A DNA stretch of 64,000 bases from Folioceros fuciformis (GCA_049999805.1 JBNGIO010006279.1:92533-156532), one strand, 5' to 3'. Positions 1 to 14,147 are shown, counted from the first letter of the stretch. A program made the numbers and translations. Notes: generated by a model from the sequence alone, not told the origin.

Positions 1-98
1 TCCGGGATTGGTAGAGCGCCGGAGCGGTGGGAGGGAAGGAAGGGCAGGCAAGGCAAGGCAAGGCGAGGGCAGTCCAGGGCTGGGCCGGGCAGGTGAGG

Positions 99-3000
99 AT
101 GGCGCACAGACCGCCCATCGGGCACACTAGGCTAGACCAGATGGTGCCGTTAGGGACGCTGCTCAGCCGGGAGGTGAAGAATGAAAAGGTGGAGCGGCCA
201 ATTTTGCGCTGGGGCCAGGCCGGGCAGCCGAAGAAAGGGGAAGATTTTGCTTTCATCAAGGAGGACTGTCAGAGAATCCCTGGGGACGGGTCTTCTACGT
301 TTGGCGTTTTTGCGGTACGGGGTTTCGGGACTCTGGGGATCGCTCTCCTCTCTGGTTGCATGTGCTGGGCTGGAAGTGCAGCCGGAGCTGTTGACCGGGT
401 TGCGGTGCGCCTGAGTTGGGTTTTGCTGCCAGCAGCTGGGTTATTGGGGCTCTTGTTGACGCCCTGGACCAGGCAGCTTGCGTTCCTGCGTGCTGTGCTC
501 AAATTGGGGTGTTAGGAAGGAAGTTTCGGTGGTTGGAGGACTTGTTGTTGTGGGTTGAATGGACGTGCAGTTCAGTGCGGGATTTGTTGGTTCAGGCTGT
601 ACGGAGGGCCTCGTTCCGTCGAAGATTTGTAGGGGATGTGTGACGGTCAAGGTGGTGTGGATGCAGATATTCGATGGGCATAATGGGGCCGCTGCTGCGA
701 TTTATGCGAAAGAGAATTTGCTAAACGATGTGATAAGCGCCATTCAGCCCGGGTTGAGCAGGGAGGAATGGCTAGCAGCTCTGCCTCGCGCGCTGGTTGC
801 TGGGTTTGTGAAGACGGACAAGGAGTTCCAGAGCAGAGGTGCTTTTCCAAGTTTGATGTCTGGCTTTTCTGTGTCGCTTTGTTGCACAGCAATCCCATGT
901 CTTGTCTCACGGCCATGTTGTCATTTTCAGAGCAATCATCAGGAACGACTGTCACCTTTGTTGTTGTGGACGGGTGGACTGTTACTGTTGCCTCCGTTGG
1001 GGATTCCCGGTGCATACTTGTCTCGCCAGAAGGAGTGGTCACTTGCCTTACAGTGGACCATAGACTAGAAGTGAACGCCGAAGAGTTGAGCCTCGCTTCC
1101 TTGCCATGTACAAGCATGTGGATCATGTGTGTTGCTTAATGTACAGCTTGGGTTGTAAGTGAAGTACGTTACAAGTGGCTGATTGAACAGCACGCCGCTG
1201 ATGCATGCGCTCTTTGCAGGCGAGAGCGTGTGACAGCGAGTGGTGGTGAAGTCGGGAGGCTAAGTACAGTTGGAGGCGCAGAGGTAGGCAGTAGCATGGA
1301 ATATCTCGCTGGAAATTGTACTGGCTCCATCATGCACTAATAGCTGAAATTCTTTTACAGATTGGTCCTTTGAGGTGCTGGCCTGGGGGTCTTTGCCTCT
1401 CCAGATCGATTGGTGATATGGATGTTGGGGAGTTCATTGTACCTATCCCTCATGTTAAGCAAATTAAGGTGATTGACTTGGTTTCCTAACTGGGAGCTAT
1501 TTTTCTGCTGCCGGATTTGACTAACGTATCATGCCTCGTGTATGTTGTCATTGGATTTTTAGCTTTCAAAAGCGGGTGGAAGGCTGATCATTGCATCAGA
1601 CGGCGTCTGGGATGCTTTGCCATCTGAGAAGGGTGCAAAGTGTTGTAAAGGTCTGACTCCGGATGTAGCAGCAAAGCATGTGGTGAAGGTGCATATCTCA
1701 TTTTCAATCTATTCCAACGCGTGCAGACTTTCTCCTTTGCTGTCAGGCATTCACAAAGATTTGCACTCTGAATTTGCAGGAAGCACTGAGGACTCGTGGG
1801 TTGCGGGATGATACAACGTGTGTCGTTGTTGACATAGAACCTCCATCCAGGTCAGCGGTATCAAAACCGAAGGAAAAGAAAGGTTTCTTCAAGTTGCTCT
1901 TTGGTGGAAGGACACGAAACTCGAGCACAAGAGCGTCTGAAAGATCAGCTGAAGTTGGTACTGTGGAGGAACTTTTTGAAGAGGGCTCTGCCATGCTTGC
2001 AGAAAGGTGCGTGTTTTTCAGGAGTATGTGGTCGGAAAACCTGAGCATTTCTGCTTTGCATGAGTGTGAACATGTTTCTTTTAAGATGGAGCATGTCCGT
2101 GCTGTGTATCAGTTCATATTCATGTCTCAGACTACTTTGCTTGACCACGAGGGATAACTTAGGAAATACTCTATGCTGGCATAGCAACGGAAGGCAGTTT
2201 GTCACAACTGTGCAACTTGCTAAGTTGTTGTCCTGATGAGCAGAAAAGTTTGGCTAGCATTTGAGGTAGCGTCTGAAGCTGCATTTCCTTCTTAGTTGGT
2301 ACAGGACTGCACTTATTCAGGTTGACATTCCAAGAATGTGTTTTCAGTGAGCAGCGTACTCAGATGAGGAAGAGCGACGTGTTGCCATTTTTTTGGGGGA
2401 ATGGTTTACGTTTCACTGGCAGATATGTGTCTCTTTCGAATCCGGTGTTTGAAGATTGCCTAGATCACGAATTGAGATCTCTAATACCCAAACTGGGCTG
2501 CAGCAACAAAGCCTTGGCTTCGGTTTGAGACACTCCTGTAACCTTCAGGAAAGGTCATTGTGCATGCCCATGCCTTCTCTCAGGTGCTTAGGAAGGGTTT
2601 TCAGGGTTGGGTTGCCAATGTGGCAACCTCAGGTCTGAAAGCAATTGCTGGTACTCTCGATTTGTGTGCTTAGTCCCATTTCTAGAACAGTGCTGTGGTC
2701 AGTTTGAATGTCTCTCTGTGCACAGGGGGTCCTATAGCAAGGGTTTTGTCATGTAATACTGTCTGGGCATCAGGTGTGGTTTCTCAGCAGCAGTTTGATG
2801 TAAGCAGGAAAAATTGGAGTTGTGGTTTTCGATTGTGAAACTTGTCACTTACGGAATGTGTACCGAGTGATATCTGTTGGATGCGCTGTATTTAATTTGT
2901 TCGTGGTTGTTGTGATTGTGTGCCTGTGCAACTGTGCATTTACCAAGTGTCATCCTCTATTCCACAGTCATACCTTATGTACTTCGCTTCTTGTCTGTTT

Positions 3001-3233
3001 GCAGGTTAGGTGCAGATGCTTCAGTGCATGGGGTCTCTGGATTGTTCGTGTGTGCTATTTGTCAAATAGATCTGTCTCCTGACGAAGGGGTCTCAGTTCA
3101 TGCTGGTTCATTCTTTTCAACGAGCGTGAAGCCATGGGAGGGACCGTTTTTATGTTCAAGCTGTAAAGAGAAAAAAGATGCCATGGAAGGAAAACGGCCA
3201 ACACTGGGAAATCGGATGGATAGGATGTGGTAA
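99..3233 (+). CDS. Protein phosphatase 2C (PP2C) with C-terminal Cys-pair extension; 8 exons
   Basis: GT-AG exons 99-314, 667-838, 931-1084, 1220-1283, 1361-1468, 1563-1688, 1780-2006, 3005-3233 join in frame. PP2C motifs FDGHNG, SGTT, ASVGDSR, LSRSIGD, IASDGVWD, DDTT. The last exon has CAICQ...CSSC. Confidence 0.93.
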
Positions 3234-5148
3234 GTCAACTCTTCTTCCAGGTTGTAGGTGTTCCAAGGTCAAAGCATGGTCAGCATTAGCTGAAGGATGT
3301 CAGCGTTCGCAAAGACAAAATTTGTTTTCCTCCTCATGTATTGTCAGCAGGAAGCTTGCTGCGCTCTCATTTTGTACATGGCATAGATTCTTTGCAAGCA
3401 AGTATCATCTACCCTCTCTCACTACTTGTAGCTTGGGGACTAGATTTTGATTCAGAATAGTGCATGTCGTCGCGTCTCTACTTGAGGAGGCTTCCTTTGC
3501 AATTGTTTGATCTGTAAGGAAGAGAAAATTATTTTGTGCCAATTGATTTGGTGGGATTTGTTTTCATCCAAATAGTTGTTGGCATGTTCTGCCCATCGGA
3601 TAGGACGGATAGTTTCCTTCTGCTCTCAGCAAATGGGTTAGATGGTCGTTAGATCTTGTTTCCTACTGTGATTTCTGTTTGAATCCTTTGTCATAAGTCA
3701 GGCTAGTTGGTTAGGAGAAGCACATTGAGGACCTTGTGACACACGGCTCGCAGGCGTTTGCTGTCAAGTACGAGTGAGTCCTGAGCAATGCTTTCTGGTT
3801 ATTTCCTGAGTTTTTGAGTGCATCGCATCTGTTGAATGACCAACAGGGGCCTTGCCTACTTGGCATCCATGAAGCGAAAATCGGATCCACTCTGATGTGG
3901 GTGTCTTTTCTGATGTTGTACACCTATCCTGGCCGGACTCCTAGGCTGATGCTTATGGACCCAGCATTCTTGGGGGATCGAAGGGAGTTCCAGGGTTTGT
4001 CAAAGACTTGATTGCAAAAAGTTTGTCGTTCAAAGACTTCAACTTTTTTGCGTTGTGCAGTATTGTGAACTTGTACTCAATACCATGTACCTTACGCCGA
4101 AGCTCGTCTAGGTAGGTAGCCTGTGTCTGAGCCTGCTCTCTGTTTAGTATACCTGCATTCAGTTATGTGGGTTGTCACTCTTGATAGAAGCCCCTGGTTC
4201 ATGGTGGTTTCGAACACTCGTGAACCTGGAAAGTGTACCTAGCCCTTCGGGCCCGTGAGCTTATTTATGAAAAGCGTCAATACCCTCTTCTGAGTCCTGT
4301 TGTTCCAGGTCTTGATCCCATATCCATACCATACCCAGAAGTCTAGCACCAGCAGATAGCCGTGCACCTGCCCTGAAGCATTTCCTGTGCGAAGTGACTA
4401 GAATAGTGTAGACTGACCTGTCTTGGTTGGCCTGGTGCTTCCGTGTAGACCGCTCAGGTTGTACGTGGGAACGGTGACTTCGATATTCTTGGCTGGCCCT
4501 GACGATGCTTGTAATTTAAGATGTTTCTAGGTTTCCTTATTTGTCTACAGGCATACCTGCTCCCACTCGTGAACAGCCGTTCTTGGGTTGTTGATTAACA
4601 AAAGACGTATGAAGAATGAAAGGACTCGGATCACAGCAAAACTTACTGGAGGCTGCTTGTGTGGTATTTTGATAAGTAATGAATGCTGTCGGCTGGCTGG
4701 GTTGTGTGGAGTAATCTTTGATTGCGTAGAGTGGTAAATGTATGGTTTCAGTGGCTTGTGCCGTTCTGAGGATCTTGGACCACTTGGATTCGTAAATATA
4801 CGGATGCGTTCCACTGTACATATGTTGATCTCGATACAGTATCATATTTTAGTATTATGAGTGTAAAGTCGAATACATTGAAAAAGTTGGCGTGGGTAGA
4901 GAAAGATTGTGAGTGCCAGTCGTGGAGTTGATTCAAGCTGAGGGTTTTGCGCGGAAAGAGCAAGTTGGAGACTCGCGGTTTCTTGGTGCATCTTGGTGCA
5001 TGTGACTTGAATTTCATAACCAGCAGCCGAGGGATTGCTGGTCATAAAATAGCTTTTGCTACGATAGCTGCACTGAAAAGTTGGGCAATTGCTCATAGGT
5101 GATGCGTTGAAAGGCCAGAACATCCTGAAACTGTGGTGGATGTCAATT

Positions 5149-5340
5149 CTCGGCAATAGTAGAACATTAATTTAATTTCGGCATTGGTAGCCATCAAATC
5201 AATGCACCGGTAGACATCAATTCAATCCTCCGCACTGGTAGACATCAGTTTTCGGCACTGGTAGCCATCAATTCAATTCTGGGCACTGGTAGACATCATC
5301 TCTCAGCACCGGTAGACATCAATTCTCGGCGTTGGTAGGC
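5149..5340. repeat. Degenerate minisatellite, about 8 copies of a 23-29 bp unit (core GCACTGGTAGACATCAAT)
   Basis: Repeated GGCAYTGGTAG(A/C)CATCA followed by variable ATTCAATTCT spacers. Confidence 0.8.
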
Positions 5341-5971
5341 GCCCTTGATCATCTTACTTTGTTTGCACCATGCTAAAACTGTGGCGCCAAGTACAGTTGT
5401 CTTCAAGAAGTCTTGAATGACAGCCGCAATATGAGGTACACATGCCAAAATATACATAAGGAAAGATGGTGATGCCGCTGGAACTTTCAAACCAGGAAGT
5501 GGTGTTTTCCATCGGAAAGACTTCCGCGTGTTAACAGCCAGACTTCCGCACGTCAACAGCTAGAAATGTGAAACTGGCAATTGAAATGTGCCATGTGGCC
5601 ATGCTAGTCAAAGTATTTTATTCCTGAGTAGGAACGGCAATTGAACCTCCTCCCGCAGCAGGATTGGCACAGTCGTCAGCAGGACAAGCCAACACCAAGA
5701 GGCAGGAATCCAGAGTTGAGACGCTGTCAACAATCCAGCAACGCGTTGAGCTAAGCCAAATCCCACACGGCTCTTCCACCCACGCGGTCCCTTAGACCTT
5801 CGAGCACACGGCCCAGTCCGAGGCAGGATCACGACAGGCCAGGGACACACACCACTGACTGCTCCAGGACCGTCCATGCGGCTCTCGCTGCCGCATCCCA
5901 GCTACACGAATCAAGAATCATGCACATACTAAACCCTAATTCATGGACACGCCTCGCGTCGTCCCCCCCTT

Positions 5972-6262
5972 TCATTGTACTCTGCTTGGAAGCGGCTCTC
6001 CGGCCGGAATCTGCCACTTCTCCCTGATCCTACGAACCGCGGCCTCCTTGCTGGGCCTGGCGTTCCCGCATGAGCCTTTGAAACGCTTCCCCCGGCGCGT
6101 CTTCTTGTCCCCTTTCCCGCACCAGATGGTAGTTCCGTCGCCATTTCCTGCAATCCCGGTGGTCCACGCCCCGCTCACGCTCACGCTCCACGCCACGGCC
6201 AACCGAGCCAACGCCCCAGACTCCGCCCCACGCGCTGCCGCTGCCGCTGCCGCCAGAGCCAT
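5972..6262 (-). CDS. Organellar small-subunit ribosomal protein bTHX/S31 (probably the mitochondrial type), intronless, 96 aa
   Basis: Ala-rich transit-like N-terminus, then CGKGDKKTRRGKRFKGSCGNARP, the Thx/PSRP4 signature. The tail RRIREKWQIP resembles the mitochondrial paralogue. Confidence 0.88.
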   Translation of the reverse strand: MALAAAAAAARGAESGALARLAVAWSVSVSGAWTTGIAGNGDGTTIWCGKGDKKTRRGKRFKGSCGNARPSKEAAVRRIREKWQIPAGEPLPSRVQ

Positions 6263-8417
6263 GGCCGTCGCCCTCCTTCCCCTCCCGCCACTGCACAAAT
6301 TTTGGACGCCGGCCCCAACGGAACGCGTTTCCTACGCGTTCCCGATTCCTACGCCAGGATGCTCCGTTGTTTCCCTTGGCAACGCACGTCGAACAAGGCA
6401 GAGGCAGAAGACAGAGAGCACAGAAAGTAAAAAGCAAAAGAAGTGCACAGTATGTACCTTTCACTCAGCACAAACATCATGAGGATATAGAGGGATATTC
6501 TCCATCAAAATCCGCGTACTGAAATATGTAATATCATCATACATTCCATCCAAAAAAAGGAGATGAGTCGACTCTCTCCACTGTCGTCCCATCTGTGGCG
6601 GTGCCATCCGGGCCAGGCTGGATCACTGAGTGTGTGTGGACTCAAGTACACGTGCGCGAATAGGGAGTGAGGGAAGCGATAGGAAGGGCAAGGAAGGGAA
6701 GGGAATCGAAGCGAAGGAGATTGACGACGTCATGTGAAGGAAAGAAAAGAAAAGGAAAGGAAAGGAAAAGAAAAGAAAAGAGTAGAGTGAGACAAAACCG
6801 TTTGACTAGGAGTGAGAGCCCCGCGTGGCCGCGTTCGTGTCCTTGTGTGTCCCCTCTGGACAGCGTGTGACGTGTACACGCTTTCAGCGTTTCACTCGGT
6901 TGGGGTAAGACCTGCGCTCGCTGGCGCGTGTTGCCCACACTCCTTGGCCACATCGGACGAGCGGCCTCTCATCCGCACCTGGTCCCATGGGGGCCCACCC
7001 CGTTCCGACCCACGGCGACCGGCCACGGGCTCATGTGGTCCACCCAATCTCGCCACTTGCCACTGGCCCAGTTGTGCGTGGCCCGCTTGCCTGCTCCCAC
7101 CATCCTCTCTCCTCCCCACATGCTCTCTCCTCTCCCGCTGCTCCTGAATCCTGTACCATGTATGTAAAAGTATGGATGGAGGAGTGGGGTCGGGAATACG
7201 GAACGGAGGGGGGAGACGGCAGGGGGCGGGGGATGTGTGACGGTGTGAGAGGAGGGAGAGGGGGTAGGTGGCTGGGTTTGGGGTGAAGAAGGGTTAGGAA
7301 TAGCGTTGTTTGCGGGGCACGGCACGCCGGCCAGGTCTGCATACGAAGCATCTAGATATTATTGAGCCGGAGACAGACAGAAAGGTGGGCCGCCGCTGGG
7401 ACCCGCACACACTCAGGGACGACGCCAGGCCCCGCAGGAAGGGAGGGCTGCATGAGTAGTGGGAGAGAGACGGGGAACAAGGCGACATCATGTATGGTAT
7501 TCCAACCTTCCTTCCTTCCTTCCTTCTCCCCTCCCACCACCTCCACCCTCCTCCTTCCTCCTCGCCCACCCACCTTATGCTCCCTTCTCACACTCCAGCT
7601 TTTGGTCTCTGTCCACTTCACGACTGGACTGGGTTGGGACTGGAAGGTCGCGCGCAACATCGCACGCAGCTGCCGCATAGGTGCGGTGTCTAGTGCCACC
7701 CCGCGTCCCGGAGCCCAGCCTGTGCCCTGCCCTGCCCTTGGAACCCCCAGCACGTGCTCCTGCACCTGCACCTGCTGTCTCGGCCTTGCAAGGCCTTGCC
7801 CGCCTCGCTCGCATCTTCCTCACCCCGCACCCACACCCTCTCTTCGTCGGCCTGTTGACGCACATCCCGCCGCCCTGCCTGGGGTTTGAAGAACTGGGAA
7901 GCTGCCGGGAAGGACGCCTCCCGAATCCGGAGCCTCCCTGCACCGCCGGCCACCCTCTCAGCCTCTGCCTCGTGCACCCTCTTGCTTGGAGCTTCCGCGG
8001 TGAGGTGTAGCGCAGGTGTGTGAAGTGACGTGAACTGAGGTGAAGGAAGCAGGGAGGAAGAGAGGTACGAGGAAGCAAGCAACGGAGAAAGGAGAACGAA
8101 GATCACGTTTGCCTTGTCCCCAGCCGCCGCGGTCGTACGCTGTCGGGGACGCGACCGCTCGAGAGAAGGAGGAAAGGAGGCAAGGTAGGAAGGAGCAAGC
8201 GAGCAACGTAGCAAGCAAGCGAGTAAAAGAATCTGCGGGACGCGGCGAGATTCATAAGTTTTGGAGTGTCCCGCTCCCGGATCTGTTGAAAGATTTCCGC
8301 TGGGGAGCTTCCCGGCGACACTCCCATGCCCAGGGGCCTCGCACAGGAGCTGCTTCCGGTCACTGCCTCCCTTCCTAGCACCGTGGTGCATTATCGGACC
8401 TGGCAATGAAACTTGCA

Positions 8418-11384
8418 ATGTCAAGAGAGAAACGGCCACTGGAGCAGGAGACCGCCAAAGAGGGTTTGCCTGAGGAGAAGCGAACCCGTCCTGCCCTTGC
8501 CAGGTGCGTCACACTCACCTCGTCCCTCGCTTCCGCGCGGCCACCTGCCTTTGCCCCTTTCTCGGACCTGCAGTTGTCTAACGTGCTTCCCTTCTCTGTG
8601 TCTCGCTGTCTCTCGCTCTGTTTCTTTGTGTAACCCTCGCCGTCGGAGCAGCGTGATTGTGGAAGCCGTGAAATTAGATAGCCTTCAGAAGTTGTGCTCG
8701 ACGTTGGAGCCCCTGCTGCGACGAGTGGTACCGTCTCAATTAATGGAGCCCTTCTCTTTTTCGCTACTTAAACGAAGGTCGCGGGGTTTCGGCTGGGTCG
8801 TCGATTGCTTCTGCCTTATCGTGGCTATGCCCGTGGTGTGTAGGTTGGAGAGGAAGTCGAACGGGCTTTGGCGAAGTTGGCCCCTGCGCGGATTGGGGGA
8901 AGGTGAGTGCTTTTTTTGTGCTCCTCGGGTCGTTACTGCTACTCGCCAGAGCGGAGTAGACCTGACCTCAGATGAGCTGAGCTGAGCTGAGGGTTTGTTC
9001 CTGCGCCTGCAGGACGTCGCCGAAGCGCATACAGGGCCCGGATGCTAAGGCCTATCGGCTCCAGTTCAGGAACCGTCTCGCGCTGCCCCTCTTCACAGGG
9101 AGCAAGGTTGAAGGCGAGCAGGGCTCGGCCATTCATGTGGTCCTGCAGGATGCCTCCACCGGGCAGGTGGTGACCAGTGGTCCCGAGTCGTCTGCCAAAT
9201 TGGAGGTTATAGTGTTGGAAGGGGATTTCTCGGTGGACGATGAAGATGATTGGACCCAGGAGGACTTTGAGACCCATGAGGTTCGTGAGCGTGAGGGCAA
9301 GAGGCCTCTCCTCACAGGAGACCTCAACGTCACTCTTAAGGAGGGAGTCGGGACCCTCGGGGAGCTCACCTTCACGGACAATTCGAGTTGGATACGCAGT
9401 CGGAAGTTCAGGCTTGGAGTTAAGATTTCTTCTGGGCACTGCGAGGGTGTCCGCATTCGTGAGGCGAAGACTGAGGCGTTTACTGTGAAAGACCATCGTG
9501 GGGAACGTAAGTCCCTCGCGTTTGTACTTCTAGTTCGTGTCCTGTTCGGAAGTTTCCGAACGTGGCCCAAGAATGTAATGCTGTCCAATATCTGGTGTTC
9601 GTTTCTTTCTTTTTTTTATTTGTTCCACTATGGGGTGCATGCTAAGCGCCTGTGGTTGTTCTATGTTCCACAGTGTACAAGAAGCATTATCCGCCCGCCT
9701 TGAATGACGAGGTGTGGCGTTTGGATAAGATCGGCAAGGATGGAGCATTTCATAAAAGGCTCAATAGTGCTCAGATTCACACCGTGGAAGACTTCTTGCG
9801 TCTCGTTGTCATGGATCCACAGAAGTTGCGGAATGTAAGATGGATTCGCTTCTCCTCCGCCAATTTTCCGCAGTGTCCATGAGCCCATCTGTGTCTGAAC
9901 TGCGCCGTTGGAGTTGTGTGCAGACTCTCGGAAATGGAATGTCCAACAAGATGTGGGATGGCACTGTTGAACACGCCAAGACCTGTGTGCTGAGCGGCAA
10001 GTTGCACGTCTATTATGCTGATGAGAAGCAAAATATTGGAGTCATATTCAACAACATCTTTCAGCTTATGGGCTTGATTGCGGATGGCCAATATATGTCC
10101 GTGGATTCCCTGTCTGACAGTGAAAAGGTTCGCTTCGTGAAGGTTTTGTGCGTCGGGTGCTATCGTTTGTCAAGGCTTGTACACGAGCCGTGCGCAGTTT
10201 TCTCAGTGCGAACGTGGTGTGTGATTCAGGTCTACGTGGACAAGCTAGTCAAGGTGGCTTATGAGAACTGGGAGAATGTGGTCGAGTATGATGGCGAGGC
10301 GCTGATTGGTGTGAAGCCCAACAAGTTGAAGGGCATCAACACCCATACTGAGGAACCTCTGAATGCATCTCGTAATTCTCAACCTTCTCAACCAATGAAC
10401 CAGGGCGTTAACCAACAAGCAGCAGTTTCTCAAGCAGTTCCTGTACAGAGGGTCAATACTGTTCCTTCTGCTGCCTCAAGCGGGACTGGTATTACTCTTC
10501 ATCCGCCCAGAAATAAGTTGCTCTGGGGTGTGACTACATTTTGAAGTTGTGCCCCATGTAGGGTACCGCTCTGTCCGCATCTTCCAGGCAGTCTTGTTTC
10601 AATTGATTGCTGGCCAGTGTTATAATAGGTGTATTTATTGCTGGAGTAATGCTTTGGAGCGTATCTGACAAATACTGCCATCGTCCTTTGGGTGTTTGTA
10701 GGAATGACATCTGGTCAGATGTATGTGTCTGATCAGCAGAAGCTCATGGCCCAGAAGTATCAGGGCCAGGGTCAGCAGCTTAGGGATGATCAACATCAGA
10801 TGATGTTAGGAGCCGGCTTGAATATGAACCTAGCTTCTGCAGGTCAGCCTGCAGTGGACATGCATGGCAATGTGACCCTCACCGGACTTGCCTTAGGACA
10901 CGGGCCTCCACAGACTGCGATGCCTTCTATGGCTTACCCAGCTATGAGCTCAAGTAGTATGCAACCTGGGAGTTTGAACATAGGTGGTGGGGACTGGAAT
11001 CGGTACAAGGATATATTGAGACAGGAGAGCTTTCGAGGCAATCAGGTGGATGAGATGATTTTTGAGGAAGATATTCGTGCCAAGAGTTTGGAAATGTTGG
11101 ATAATGAAGATATGCACATGCAGATTCAGCAATTGTTGCGAATGTTTAATGGGGGCCAAGGGGATCAAACAAATCTGAGCTTTCCTTTACAAGGAGACGA
11201 GAATTATTCTCTTAGTGGCTTCCCTCCCAATACTCCTGATTCTTTGATGATAGATAAACCAAGGCCCAATGGGAAGGCAACTGTTGGCTGGCTCAAGTTA
11301 AAAGCGGCTTTGCGCTGGGGCATCTTCATTAGGAAGAGGGCAGCCACTAGAAGGGCTCGACTTGAAGAAGTGGATGATGACTAG
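8418..11384 (+). CDS. CBP60: Calmodulin-binding protein 60 (CBP60b-type transcription factor); 8 exons
   Basis: Exons 8418-8503, 8652-8727, 8844-8902, 9013-9506, 9674-9834, 9924-10127, 10230-10488, 10702-11384. Motifs [46 protein letters not shown] and the C-terminal CaM-binding [17 protein letters not shown]. An in-frame ATG at 8406 is an alternative start. Confidence 0.95.
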
Positions 11385-14147
11385 TCCTGATGCCCGTAGG
11401 CTGGCATGTTTGCAGCGATGGGGTTGATGTCCAGCTGTAGGCCCGGTGTCGTTACGCTGTGCACCTGCGATCAGGTCTAGAGCTGACACAACTCACATTG
11501 TGATCCCCACCTCTGAAAGCAAATCTCCGGCTTGACCCACAGGTGCCTTGGGTGTGCACTATGGATATTGCTGCTGCTACAGTGATTGCTGTCAACAGAT
11601 CTGAGATGCACAGTTCTAGAGCTGACCGCTTGGTTTATACCTGCTCTGATTGAAACGTCGTCTCTTTTTTGAATTTTGCTCTGGTACTTGTCTCTCTCCT
11701 TTGCTAGAAGGTTGGTACACTGTTCTGTATATGTACAGGAACCTTGAAGTCAGTGGGCATGGATACTGTGGACGCGAGGGGATGTCTGTAGGCGTGGTCA
11801 CTTTGGTGGCAAGGTCGTTTTGAAGAGTCAGTTTTATGGGATCACGTTTCGGTGTTGTGGGGTTGTCTCTCTGGTTCTCATTTATGCACCTGCCTTCAGG
11901 CTTGTGGATCATCTTAGTGTGACAAGGATTCCTATCAGAAGAGCATCTCTTTGGCAACTACTGTCCGTGTCATCTGATCTGGGTACCTTGCACTGAGTCT
12001 AGGTAGTTCAGGTTTGGTGCAGTGGGAGATTTACTGAAGTCGTAGACTAGCAGTTGGTAGTTTGCTCAATCTAGGTAGACATTGTTGTGGAGGGATCCCT
12101 GTAAAATGTTGTGATATCACACTTCCTGACACTTGACTCAATTTAATGAAGTGTATCCTCCCTTGAATATCATGGTTGGATGTTTGTCGCAGACACATGA
12201 GTGCAGTTGTTGCCTGCTTTTCTATACTAGCCTGTTACGTGCTTTCGTGCAGATTCATCATTACTCACTATGTCTCTGCTGACAGTGACGAGGTCCAAGT
12301 CAAAGACGTGCTGGAGGCGTTAACTCAATTCCTCGGTCAATGTAGGAGTTCTAACGTCCGGTACATGCTCTGATGCTGTTGATTCCGTGTGGTTTTGTCC
12401 ACACCACTCTTCAGTCGGTTCCTCCCCGGTAAAGTGCTGGACTCTCCAGTCCTATTTTGGTCAGTTTGGTTTTGCATCATAGATATCCATGAATGAGCGA
12501 AGCAATGTTGGTGTGAAGTGTACTAACTGGGGGATGCTGCTGCGCATGAGTTGGTGAGTGTGTGCTCTGACACGAGGATTGGGAATGTGTTTGTAGGTGG
12601 TGCGTAAACTCTTCATGCCTTTTCAGCTGGGTGGAAATGTGCTAGTGGATGTTGACAATGCTGCTTGCATCTGACACGATGATATGGAGATTTTATAACC
12701 TTGAAGCTGTCGCTTGTGAAGGGTTCTCCATTAGTGTAGGCAAGGAAATTTCTTCAGAGTCCACAGTAGTTGCCTCAGAGTATCCAGTGTCCACGATTGT
12801 GTGAAACAGATTCCAGCGGCAATACGTTCCCCGTTGCCATGGCTGAGTAAAGGTCTATCAAGGCCATGACGTAGTTCGGTCACGTGACAGTCAGGTTTTC
12901 CGGGTCTAATAGAATTGACTACTGCTATTGCAAGTTACTGGGTCCTAGATAGTTAGCACCAGTCGACAGGTTGTTCCTCACTTCCCTTACGTGTACAATT
13001 TTGTAGAGTACTTAATTCCGATGTACTTTGTACTTCCGAGTTGATAGTATATATTTGTCGCTCATTGTCTACGGTCCCTTCACTGGCCCGGTGTCTGTGG
13101 GTTATCTGCCGTAGACAGATGCGTCCGGAAGTTAAGCCACCTTCGCAATCGCTAAGAGAATGGCCTGTGTGAAGGCACTGATTCTGGTCTCTTGGGCAGC
13201 CCAATTGTGGCTGTAGACACAGAGATTGGATTATTAGGAAAAAAAATTTAAGAAAACCAGTAGGCGAAGATGGGGAAGAGGTGCTTTTCCGTCATCACTC
13301 ACTTGCCCAGGTAGCATCGCGAAATTATGTACATGAAAATGGTGGGTTAAATTAGCATCTTCTTGCTACCGTCGAACAAACTGAAGAATCGAAAAATCAT
13401 GTCAACTGTGGCAAATTGTGTAACCTGGAATGGTTACGTCTCTACATTTCGCTCTCTCATGACGCGTTTCAGCCCAGACCAGCCAGGGTCGTTAACCGTC
13501 GAGCAAGACGACCACCTCGAGCATCACACCCCTACTACACCCCGGCTGGCAACACCGCTCAGGTTATGAGGACTCTTTGCAACTACTTACTAGCAGCAGC
13601 CTCCCGATGCGTCAGAGCCGCAGTGTACATCTCCCGGACAAGCGGTGTGCAAGAACCGGTGTGCTTCGCTTTACGACGTATGCTGGCGCACCTGTAAGAC
13701 GATTGCCCAAACCAGGCATTCAGCAAGATTATTCATGTCGCTTTGCACGATTCGTAATGCCGTCAATCTGATGGTTACAAGCGCCGGGTGCATGAAGACA
13801 TCCAAACAGAAGCAGTGTTAGTCGCAAGTGAACGTGGCTGGGCATGCCCACGGTTTGCTTCATCCCACACCAGCAGCATGTCTGTCTGGTCACTGCTCCA
13901 GCCATTTCAGCAACAGGATGCACAGAACCTTGAGAGACAGAAAGGAGAATCTGAACCCAGGGCATCTAAGAGTCATGGAAGAGCACGGGGACACCTTCGT
14001 GCGTGTCAGAGTGCCTTGCAGGTTTTCACGCGTCTCCTGATGGAGGTACTGATAACCGCCAGTTAACCCCAATAAACATTGGCTACGTGGTCTTCTTATC
14101 CATTTTGAAGGGAATCCGTGCTGTGGAAATTCCTCTCCCGCAGCAAT

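Noticed and set aside
1-30. tRNA-like TGGTAGAGCG
   Set aside because: No anticodon or T arm follows; it lies in the PP2C 5' leader.
5149-5340. CRISPR-like repeat array
   Set aside because: Linkers are only about 5-11 nt and related to each other, the context is eukaryotic, and there are no cas genes.
6640-8400. Many overlapping 100-250 aa ORFs
   Set aside because: GC-rich, low-complexity promoter/5' UTR sequence with stop-codon depletion; no motifs or consistent splice structure.
13065-13117. Inverted repeat TGTCTACGG/CCGTAGACA as a miRNA or MITE
   Set aside because: The stem is too short (9 bp) and I see no target-site duplication or extended pairing.
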